A stretch of DNA of 15,221 nt from Bdellovibrionota bacterium (GTDB lineage: Bacteria > Bdellovibrionota_C > UBA2361 > OMIW01), in NCBI GenBank assembly GCA_044345055.1, contig JBIJBT010000067.1, positions 1 to 15,221 on the forward strand, given 5' to 3'. Positions 1 to 7,760 of this stretch are shown here, one piece after another. A model generated the notes under the pieces. The model worked only from the letters and a program-made list of their open reading frames with translations. It had not been told where the DNA came from and did no database searches. Numbering within the stretch: the stretch's first letter is position 1; the number at the start of each line of letters is the position of its first letter. The translations under genes were made by a program, and so were the position numbers.

Positions 1-127
1 TTATAAACTTTTATATGACACCAGTTGCCACTACATATTTTTAGCGCAGAGAAAAGTCATGCTTAGTAAAATCAGTTACTTGAGGGGTAATTTGGTTGGA
101 ATGTTGAGGGTAACTGTCAAAGTCGGG
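1..127. mobile_element. Probable terminal segment of an insertion sequence (IS1634-like end) abutting the truncated antitoxin
   Basis: AACTGTCAAAGTCGGG (112-127) resembles IS1634-family termini as I recall them. An IHF-consensus match (WATCARNNNNTTR = AATCAGTTACTTG) lies at 70-82. Antitoxin-like coding sequence starts abruptly at 128. No transposase is in the window. Confidence 0.4.
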
Positions 128-412
128 AGAAACATTACTGACCTCTTCAACAACTACCTCAAGTCAAAGTACAGAAACATCGATGATTTATTGAATTTTG
201 CCAAGCTGATCGGAAACGCGACTGTCTTTAAGAGGCTCGGGTTCTTGCTGGAGCGATATGAACCTGCCGAGAAGGCAGCAATCGAAGAGTGTTTGCTGCA
301 TTTACCCGCAGGGAATTCAAAGCTCGATCCTGATCTACCCAAGGATGCATTAATCACAAAATGGAAGCTATGGGTGCCAGCGTCTTGGGAAGAGAGGGCA
401 AGCAATGATTGA
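128..412 (+). pseudogene. abiEi: C-terminal fragment of an AbiEi-type type IV TA antitoxin (5'-truncated)
   Basis: RNITDLFNNYL...LLNFAKLIGNATVFKRLGFLLE...KLDPDLP...KWKLWVP matches the AbiEi C-terminal pattern. It overlaps the abiEii-like start by 8 bp (ATGATTGA, 405-412). The first 23 codons of ORF 59..412 do not look homologous, and no N-terminal wHTH is present. Confidence 0.7.
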
Positions 413-1655
413 CCGCACCGAGATTTTAGAATTAGCGAAAATTCTAGGCTTACGTGCCGACATCGTGAAGAAGGACTATGTCTTAGGGTGGCTGCTTGCT
501 GCTATTAATCAGCATCCGTCTATCAAAGGGCAGTGGATATTTAAAGGCGGAACATGTCTGAAGAAGTGCTACTTTGAGACATACCGATTTTCAGAGGACC
601 TCGATTTTACGCTGAGAAATCAATCTCACATCACTGATGATTTTTTACTTCCCGTATTTGAAGAAATTTCTTTTTCACTTTATGAGATGAGTGGTATTGA
701 AGTCCCCGCGAACACAATCGCTTTTGACATCTTTGCGAACCCACGCGGGAAAACATCTGCTCAAGGAAAAGTTGGTTATATTGGTCCGCTGCGAATTCGC
801 GGGAGTATTCCAAGAATTAAGCTCGATTTATCGAATGATGAGGCACTAATACTTAAACCTCAGACACAGAGAGTCTTTCATCCTTACTCTGATCACCCAC
901 CAGAGGGACTTACCGCATACTGCTATTAATTTGAAGAAGTGTTTGCCGAAAAAAACGGTGCTTTAGCAGAGCGTGCGCGTCCACGTGATCTGTATGAGTT
1001 GATTCACCTATATCGGCGTAAAGATCTTTTAACCAATAAGGCACTCCTCTTTTCGACCCTTCAGAAAAAATGTGAGTTTAAGGGGATTGGTGTTCCCACT
1101 TTTGTCGACATAGAGCAGCACACCAAACGAACAGAGCTAGACTCTGAGTGGGGCAATATGATGGCGCACCAATTGGAGGAGTTGCCACCACTTGAACAGT
1201 TCTGGGGTGAGCTTCCAGATTTCTTTTCTTGGTTGCATGAAGATAGGAGCATCCCAGTTCCTCCTACTTATCAACAGGGAACGGGCGAGAGTATCTGGAA
1301 CCCTGGAAGGATAAGTCGCTCTAATTCAAGCGCTATCCAAAAGATTCAATTTGCAGGCGCAAATCGCGTATGCATTCTTTTGCGTTATGGTGGTGAAGTT
1401 CGACTCGTCGAGTCGTATTCATTCAGAGCAAACAGAGAGGGTGCAAAACTATTCTACGGTTTTCACCGAGAAGATAATCAAATGAAGTGCTTCCGTGTTG
1501 ATCGCTTCGAGAGTGTAGAAATCACAAAGAGTGGTTTCACGCCCCGATATCGTTTCGAGATTAGTTCTGCTGAGCATGTTGCCATGCCATCAGCTAGCGT
1601 AAGAACCGATAATGATGATTACCCTAAGATCGACATGAACGACCCCAAGGCGTAG
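405..1655 (+). pseudogene. abiEii: AbiEii/AbiGii-family nucleotidyltransferase toxin with C-terminal WYL domain, interrupted by in-frame TAA at 927-929
   Basis: Motifs KDYVLGWLL, FKGGTCLKKCYFETYRFSEDLDFT and FAEK..AL.ERARPRDLY. ORFs 405..929 and 939..1655 are in the same frame (YCY*FEEVFAEK). A WYL-like segment lies at ~1335-1566 (LRY...RLVESYS...LFYGF...MKCFRVDRFESVEIT...F). Confidence 0.85.
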
Positions 1656-1794
1656 TCCTTCGCCTTACGGTTTGAGCTATACTTTCGAGTGTACTGCTTG
1701 TAAGAAGAAATTTAAGCGCAGCAGTGATACCATCACCGCAGGGCGGCTCGGTGGCCGCTGGCCTACTGAAAATGGGTCGAAGATTCCACCCTAA
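1639..1794 (+). pseudogene. Frameshifted C-terminal tail of the AbiEii-WYL gene with a CxxC zinc-knuckle-like motif
   Basis: The +1 frame relative to the toxin reads TTPRRSPSPYGLSYTFECTACKKKFKRSSD... (Cys codons at 1690 and 1699) up to TAA 1792-1794. It has no convincing start or RBS of its own. Confidence 0.5.
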
Positions 1795-1881
1795 ATTGAC
1801 CGATCAGTGGTCGAAGATCGGGGGTAAGCGTGAAGTGAAGTATACTCTGATCAATCATGAGTAAATGAGGGTTAGTGAGCT

Positions 1882-2334
1882 ATGAAAAATGAGAGGAAGT
1901 CATCAATCCATGGACGTTATCTGCCATGGCTTTTTGTATTGTTCCTTTTCTTTGTTTTTCGGGTAGTCGCTCAGCTAATCCAGAAATTTAAAAATTTTTC
2001 ATTCCTGCCCCCGTTTGAGAAATGGCATAGTGGTGCACTTTCTTATTGGTGGCTGTTATTCTTTCAGCTTCTTATGATGATTGTTCTTGGCTTAACTGTG
2101 CGAGGATTTGCTATAGAAAGCACCGTACCTAATCGTAAGTTCGGTAAAGGGGTTATCGCTTTCGGATTGATTTACTTCACCACAATGACATTCAGGCTAT
2201 TTGCAGCTTTTACATTCGGGGCAGATCATCCTTGGTTGGGGGCCAAAATACCGACTTTTTTTCATCTAGTTTTGGCATCATTTGTTCTGTTAGTTGGACA
2301 TTTTCATTCTAAGTTTGGAGAAGGAAGAGAGTAA
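1882..2334 (+). CDS. Hypothetical integral membrane protein (about 4 TM helices)
   Basis: 150 aa with four hydrophobic stretches. GAGGG RBS at 1867-1871. TAATG stop/start overlap with the next gene. Confidence 0.8.
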   Translation: MKNERKSSIHGRYLPWLFVLFLFFVFRVVAQLIQKFKNFSFLPPFEKWHSGALSYWWLLFFQLLMMIVLGLTVRGFAIESTVPNRKFGKGVIAFGLIYFTTMTFRLFAAFTFGADHPWLGAKIPTFFHLVLASFVLLVGHFHSKFGEGRE

Positions 2335-3221
2335 TGAATTCAAACATTCGTGACATTTTAAAGTGGACTGTTTATCCAGCAGTCATGTTGATCAGTCTCA
2401 TGATTTATTATGCTTTGGCTCACTACGGCGTTAGCCTTGCGCTTAGTAGCTATATTGCTGCAATTGTTGGCGGTCTTGGACTCATAACATACCTTGAACT
2501 TGTGCTTCCCTATCGCAAAGAGTGGTTGCCGAACAGGGGCGAAGTTAAAACAGAGCTTGTTTTCATGATTTTAGTTCAAGTGCTATTACCCTACCTTCTA
2601 TCCGTTCTAGGAGTGAGTTGGTTGGTGGATTTCGTGACAAACAATAAGTGGAACCTACTCGCTTTATGGCCACACCACTATACTGTGTGGATACAGATGT
2701 TGATCATGATATTTATTGCCGACTTCTTTAGGTATTGGTTACACCGTGCAGCCCATACATGGATTCCATTTTGGCGATTCCATGCAGTTCATCACTCCGT
2801 ACAAAAATTGTACTGGATAAATGTCGGGAGATTTCATCCGGTTGATAAATCGTTACAGTTTTTGTGCGATGCACTACCCTTTATTCTTCTTGGTGTATCG
2901 AAGGAAGTTCTAACTCTCTATTTTGTCGTGTACTCGATAAAGGGTTTTTTTCAGCACAGCAATGTGGACGTAAAGCTTGGTTGGTTCAATTACATAATAA
3001 GTGGCCCTGAACTTCATCGGTGGCATCACTCAAAGAAAATTAGTGAATCAAATACAAACTATGGCAACAATATAATAATTTGGGATATCTTATTTGGTAC
3101 CTTCTTTCTTCCGAAAAATAGAGAGGTATCCGAGCTGGGTCTTTTGAATCGTAACTATCCGATGAGCTTTTTCAAACAGATGATAGCTCCATTTATCGAA
3201 GGGAGCGATAAAGCTAAATGA
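2334..3221 (+). CDS. Sterol desaturase / fatty acid hydroxylase superfamily membrane di-iron enzyme
   Basis: His boxes YWLHRAAH, FHAVHHS, RFHP, FFQHSN and LHRWHHS, plus NYG...IWDILFGTF, and several TM segments. Confidence 0.93.
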   Translation: MNSNIRDILKWTVYPAVMLISLMIYYALAHYGVSLALSSYIAAIVGGLGLITYLELVLPYRKEWLPNRGEVKTELVFMILVQVLLPYLLSVLGVSWLVDFVTNNKWNLLALWPHHYTVWIQMLIMIFIADFFRYWLHRAAHTWIPFWRFHAVHHSVQKLYWINVGRFHPVDKSLQFLCDALPFILLGVSKEVLTLYFVVYSIKGFFQHSNVDVKLGWFNYIISGPELHRWHHSKKISESNTNYGNNIIIWDILFGTFFLPKNREVSELGLLNRNYPMSFFKQMIAPFIEGSDKAK

Positions 3222-4894
3222 AAAAAAGAAGATCTATTATTGAAAGAGCATCACTAAATTTAGAAATGTTGTGGACAAAACATTTTCGATTGAGAAAGTT
3301 TAGCCATATCTTCTTAAGTCCAGAGAAGACTCAACAGTTGACTCTCGCGAAAATACTCCAGAAGAACAGAAATACCACATTTGGAAAAAAGCATCGTTTT
3401 GCCTCGCTTCGGAATGAGAGAGAGTTCCGCGATCAAGTTCCAATTCATTCATATGAGGACTTACGGCCGTACATAGAAAAACAGATGGAACGGGGTACAT
3501 ATGAGCTCAATCCCGAGAGGCCGGCGATGTACTTGCAAACTAGTGGCACAACCGGTAGGCCGAAATATATACCAGTTGGTCGGGATACGCTGAAATCATA
3601 TCAGCATGCTCAGCAGATTAGCTCATATATTCAATACAAAACTGCACTAGGTATTTTTTCTGGAAAGCTACTATTTATCGTAAGTCCAAGTATCGAAGGT
3701 TACCTAAATAATGGTGCACCATTCGGTGCTATGTCAGGCATAGTGAGTCAGAGCCTACCAAAAACGATCCTATCCCGCTCTCTTTTGCCGCAAGAAGTTT
3801 TTGAGATTACAGATTATGAGGAGCGGTACCTTTTGATCGCAGCAATTGCTGCATCTACACCCAACATCACGTGTTTGGCGAGTGCCAATCCAGCAACGTT
3901 GTTTAGGCTAATTGAGGTAATAAACGAACAAATTAATTTAATTTTTAAATATATAGAGACCGGCGATGCAGATGCACTTGGAATTAAATTACAGCAGGGA
4001 TTGAATCAGCATTTGATTTATCACTGTAGACCCGACAAATCTCGAATAGCCGAGTTAAAGAAAGTTATACACAAGCAGGGCTGCCTAAGGTTGTGCGACT
4101 TGTGGCCTAATCTTAAAGCTGTGGTGACATGGATGAGTGGTAACTGCGGGTTGCTTATTCCGAAACTGTTAAAGCAGCTTAGTCCCGACGTCAAGGTGAT
4201 TGACATGGGGTACCTTGCAAGCGAATTTTGGGGGACTATTACTATCGATCCTCAAAGGAATTTTGGGCTGCCGACTATTCAAGATAACTTTTTTGAATTT
4301 ATAGGGACCGAAGCTTGGGAAGCTGGTCATAAAGATACTCTGCTGCTAAGTGAGCTAGAAATAGGAAGGCAATACTACATAATCGTTACAACACCTGATG
4401 GCTTATATCGCTATTTCATAAATGACATAGTTGAAGCTACTGGACGATATCTCGATACCACAACAATTGTTTTTGTACAAAAAGGAAAGGGGGTTACGAG
4501 TCTAACCGGCGAGAAGCTTTACGAGGTTCAGGTTATACAAGCTGTACAGGAAGTATCTGTCCTCTATGGAATCGCAGCTGACTCATTCATTATGCTTGCT
4601 GATAGGAAGGGTCTCTTTTACACCTTATATATTGAAACTGAGGATAAATTCGACCTTGCACAATTTTCGGATGCACTTAACAACTCCCTCTGTGAACTCA
4701 ATGTCGAATACTCAGCTAAGTTCAAGAGTGGAAGAATCAGATCGACAGTGGTTAAACGTGTCCAAGCTGGAACATTTGACGCGTATAAAAACGCTGCCAT
4801 CAAATCAGGACAAAGGGAAGCGCAGTATAAGACTGTCAAGTTACAATATTGTGATGACGTATCATTTGCCTTTCACGAATGTGAGTGCTCATGA
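3218..4894 (+). CDS. GH3 (auxin-responsive promoter) family acyl-adenylate-forming enzyme
   Basis: N-terminal QQLTLAKILQKNRNTTFGKKH...VPIHSYEDLRPYI. ANL/GH3 motifs QTSGTTGRPKYIP, GYLASE, GLYRYFINDIV and SLTGEKL. ATGA overlaps at both ends. Confidence 0.92.
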   Translation: MKKRRSIIERASLNLEMLWTKHFRLRKFSHIFLSPEKTQQLTLAKILQKNRNTTFGKKHRFASLRNEREFRDQVPIHSYEDLRPYIEKQMERGTYELNPERPAMYLQTSGTTGRPKYIPVGRDTLKSYQHAQQISSYIQYKTALGIFSGKLLFIVSPSIEGYLNNGAPFGAMSGIVSQSLPKTILSRSLLPQEVFEITDYEERYLLIAAIAASTPNITCLASANPATLFRLIEVINEQINLIFKYIETGDADALGIKLQQGLNQHLIYHCRPDKSRIAELKKVIHKQGCLRLCDLWPNLKAVVTWMSGNCGLLIPKLLKQLSPDVKVIDMGYLASEFWGTITIDPQRNFGLPTIQDNFFEFIGTEAWEAGHKDTLLLSELEIGRQYYIIVTTPDGLYRYFINDIVEATGRYLDTTTIVFVQKGKGVTSLTGEKLYEVQVIQAVQEVSVLYGIAADSFIMLADRKGLFYTLYIETEDKFDLAQFSDALNNSLCELNVEYSAKFKSGRIRSTVVKRVQAGTFDAYKNAAIKSGQREAQYKTVKLQYCDDVSFAFHECECS

Positions 4895-5976
4895 AGCTGA
4901 AATCTATCGAGCTTAAAAAATTGGAGATTCCATTTCGCACCTCTTTCAAGCATTCAGCTGCCAACCGTGCAGTTACCGAAGCAGTTATAGCAGTTGCTCA
5001 GTCTAGCGATTCAGTTCTGGGCTATGGGGAAGGTTGTCCACGAAGCTATGTGACTGGTGAGAATATTGATTCCACTGAGAAGTTCTTAGAGACCAACATA
5101 GATAATATTCTTGGTATCAATAGCATTGAGTCATTGAAAGAGTGGGTATCAAATAATGCACCCCTAATTGACCAAAACCCAGCTGCGTGGTGCGCTATTG
5201 AAACTTCACTACTAGATTTGTTTGGCAAGCTTAAAGAGAGATCAATTGAAGCCATTCTTGGAATTTTAGAGCTTGAAGGAAGCTTTCAATATTCAGCTGT
5301 TCTTGGTGTTTCAACAAATAAAGTATTCGAGGCCCAATTAGCTCAGTATTTTCAGCTTGGTTTGCGTGATTTTAAGGTTAAAATTTGTGGAAAATTTGAA
5401 GCTGATGAACAAAACATTCAAGCGATATTTAAAGCGCTCCCGTCGGCGCGGATTAGGTTAGACGGGAATAATTTATGGCAGAATGTAGATGAGGCTATAG
5501 GGTATATTTCATCTTTGGGGTGTAAGTTCTGGGCAATAGAGGAACCGCTCAGAGTAGGTGATTACACATCGCTAAAGAGATTTGCAGAGGTACTCGATTG
5601 TAAAGTAATTCTTGATGAAAGTTTTCTTCGAATAGAACATTTCGTTCATACTCAAGACGATCCAGCCCTATGGATACCCAACATTCGTATATCAAAAATG
5701 GGTGGTTTACTAAGATCGTTATCTATAGCTGAACGATGCAGAAAGTTGGGTCTTAAATTTATTATCGGAGCACAGGTTGGTGAGACCAGTATCCTTACCC
5801 GTGTAGCTCTCTCATTGGCAAATTGTTATAGAGACACTTTGTTGGCTCAGGAGGGCGCTTTTGGTACCTATCTCTTAACTACCGATTTGACCGCGGAGTC
5901 TCTAATGTTCGGCACTAATGGGTTATTGCAGCCGTTGGTGACGGCTAATGGATTGGGGATTAAATGTAATTTATGA
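4891..5976 (+). CDS. Enolase-superfamily enzyme (mandelate racemase/muconate lactonizing enzyme fold, MLE subgroup-like)
   Basis: Capping domain IPFRTSFKHS...GYGEG, KxK (FKVKI), metal ligands RLDGN, IEEP and LDES, and NIRISKMGG. The start is placed at ATG 4891 (ATGA overlap with the GH3 stop) rather than GTG 4885. Confidence 0.9.
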   Translation: MKLKSIELKKLEIPFRTSFKHSAANRAVTEAVIAVAQSSDSVLGYGEGCPRSYVTGENIDSTEKFLETNIDNILGINSIESLKEWVSNNAPLIDQNPAAWCAIETSLLDLFGKLKERSIEAILGILELEGSFQYSAVLGVSTNKVFEAQLAQYFQLGLRDFKVKICGKFEADEQNIQAIFKALPSARIRLDGNNLWQNVDEAIGYISSLGCKFWAIEEPLRVGDYTSLKRFAEVLDCKVILDESFLRIEHFVHTQDDPALWIPNIRISKMGGLLRSLSIAERCRKLGLKFIIGAQVGETSILTRVALSLANCYRDTLLAQEGAFGTYLLTTDLTAESLMFGTNGLLQPLVTANGLGIKCNL

Positions 5977-7760
5977 ATATCGTTCGTTGGAAATTCTGCT
6001 CGTGGCCGCAAACTATTATAGTCCTCGTTCTCACAAGTTGCTCATCCACAGTTGATTACATGGCGGATAGTTTCCTGTTTTCCTCGGATAAAATACGACC
6101 TCCTACCTTCAGTATAAGCACCAAATCAAAAGCTGGATTTACTACAACGGATGGCGTTGATTTGCTCGCGGACGTTTTTCTCCCCGATGGAGTTGAAAAG
6201 GCTCCAACTGTATTAGTACGTATTCCATTTAGCAAAACCTTTAGCAATAAACTTCGGTCACAGATTATTGCGCGTCATTGGGCTGGTAGAGGCTACGCTG
6301 TCGTAATCCAAGGGACGCGTGGTCGATATGAATCTGGGGGAAAGTTTTACCCCTTAATTCACGAACGTGACGATGGAATTGCAACTTTGAAGTGGCTTAC
6401 AAATCAACCATGGTATGATGGTCGCGTAGTCATGTGGGGTGGGTCATCATTTGGGTATACTCAGTGGGCTATTGCTGATCAGAGCGAACTGGGACTCAAG
6501 GCATTGTTTGTCCAAATTGCCAGTACAAATTTCCGTGGTATGTTTTATCCTGGTAATGCATTATCCCTTGAAAGTGCCCTTTATTGGGCAATACGGAGCC
6601 GCGGTGAACAAGATCGAGATGTGCGAATATCCGATATCGATAAAGGTGTAACACACCTACCAATCATTGAGTCAGATGATAAGGCCATAGGCAACACGGA
6701 GTTCTTCGATGACTGGCTTATGAATCGCGATAACGATGATTTTTGGAGGAAGATTGATGGTGTTAATAGAGCGGAAAGTTTAAAAGCTCCCGCGCTATTG
6801 ATGGGTGGATGGTTCGATCCGTTTCTTCCTACTCAGCTCGAGGATTTTAGGAGTATTACCACGAAGGCTGAAAAGTCTGTTGCGTCCGAGACCCGTTTAA
6901 TTATTGGCCCTTGGGGACATGCCCAATCGACCAAACTTCCTGGCTCAGGTATGAAGGTGCCCTATAGAGTGGAAAGTGTGTTGCCTAGCATTCCTTGGTT
7001 TGATCATCAGTTAGGAATTGTCGATGCACCTCTGGACATGGCTCGTGTAAATATCTTTGTAATGGGAGAAAATCGCTGGCGAAATGAAAATGAATGGCCA
7101 CTTGCGCGAACACGGTATACTTGTTTCTATCTTGGAAGCGATGGAAACGCCAATACACTTAGAGGTGATGGTTCATTAAGTTCGGAAATACGGGATGTCG
7201 GTAGTGATTTTGATAAATTTGTTTATGATCCGCTCAATCCTGTTCCAACGGCTGGTGGTGCCATGCTTAGTGAAAGAGCAGGAATTGAACTGCAAAATGG
7301 TATTGAAGAGCGATCTGACGTATTGGTCTACAGTACTCGACCGTTACGGAAGAGCATGGAAGTCACGGGGCCCGTACGTGTCATTCTTTACGTTTCGACC
7401 GATGCTCAATCAACAGATTTTTCTGCAAAATTAACGGATGTACACCCTGATGGTTCAAGCTACAATCTTTCAGATGGAATATTACGGAGAGATTTTTACC
7501 AAATTAAGGGCAAACCCGTTAAAATCGAGATTGAACTGTGGCCGACAAGTAATGTATTTTTTAAGGGACATAAGATTAGGTTGGAGATTTCAAGTAGTAA
7601 CTTTCCCCGATATGACCGTAATTTGAACACAGGTGAATTCATACCTACGGCAACGAGATTCGTAATAGCCAATCAAAAGATTTTCCACTCGCCTGAATAT
7701 CCCTCAAAATTGGTTCTGCCAGTTATTCCAAGGGAAAATACCAACGATACCGAAGACTAG
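5973..7760 (+). CDS. CocE/NonD family serine hydrolase (peptidase S15-like), predicted lipoprotein
   Basis: DGVDLLADVFLP, GYAVVIQGTRGRYESGG, WLTNQPWYDGRV, nucleophile elbow WGGSSFG, GGWFDPF, IIGPWGH and C-terminal LEISSSNFPRYDRN. Lipobox LTSC (Cys23) follows a hydrophobic stretch. Confidence 0.93.
   Translation: MNIVRWKFCSWPQTIIVLVLTSCSSTVDYMADSFLFSSDKIRPPTFSISTKSKAGFTTTDGVDLLADVFLPDGVEKAPTVLVRIPFSKTFSNKLRSQIIARHWAGRGYAVVIQGTRGRYESGGKFYPLIHERDDGIATLKWLTNQPWYDGRVVMWGGSSFGYTQWAIADQSELGLKALFVQIASTNFRGMFYPGNALSLESALYWAIRSRGEQDRDVRISDIDKGVTHLPIIESDDKAIGNTEFFDDWLMNRDNDDFWRKIDGVNRAESLKAPALLMGGWFDPFLPTQLEDFRSITTKAEKSVASETRLIIGPWGHAQSTKLPGSGMKVPYRVESVLPSIPWFDHQLGIVDAPLDMARVNIFVMGENRWRNENEWPLARTRYTCFYLGSDGNANTLRGDGSLSSEIRDVGSDFDKFVYDPLNPVPTAGGAMLSERAGIELQNGIEERSDVLVYSTRPLRKSMEVTGPVRVILYVSTDAQSTDFSAKLTDVHPDGSSYNLSDGILRRDFYQIKGKPVKIEIELWPTSNVFFKGHKIRLEISSSNFPRYDRNLNTGEFIPTATRFVIANQKIFHSPEYPSKLVLPVIPRENTNDTED

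Noticed and set aside
59..127. N-terminus of a complete 117-aa antitoxin
   Set aside because: It is too short for AbiEi, has no wHTH, and this segment looks like non-homologous foreign DNA.
927..929. Stop-codon reassignment or programmed readthrough of the TAA in abiEii
   Set aside because: TAA terminates several intact genes here (membrane protein, exonuclease, purK, purE, hppA), and the gene shows other decay, so a nonsense mutation is simpler.
939..1655. Independent 238-aa gene starting at GTG 939
   Set aside because: It begins mid-domain (FAEK...RPRDLY is the AbiEii C-terminal half) and is in frame with 405..929.
4891..5976. Specific call as menC (OSBS) or L-Ala-D/L-Glu epimerase
   Set aside because: There are no menaquinone or peptidoglycan-recycling genes in context, and the epimerase-specific residues are not evident.
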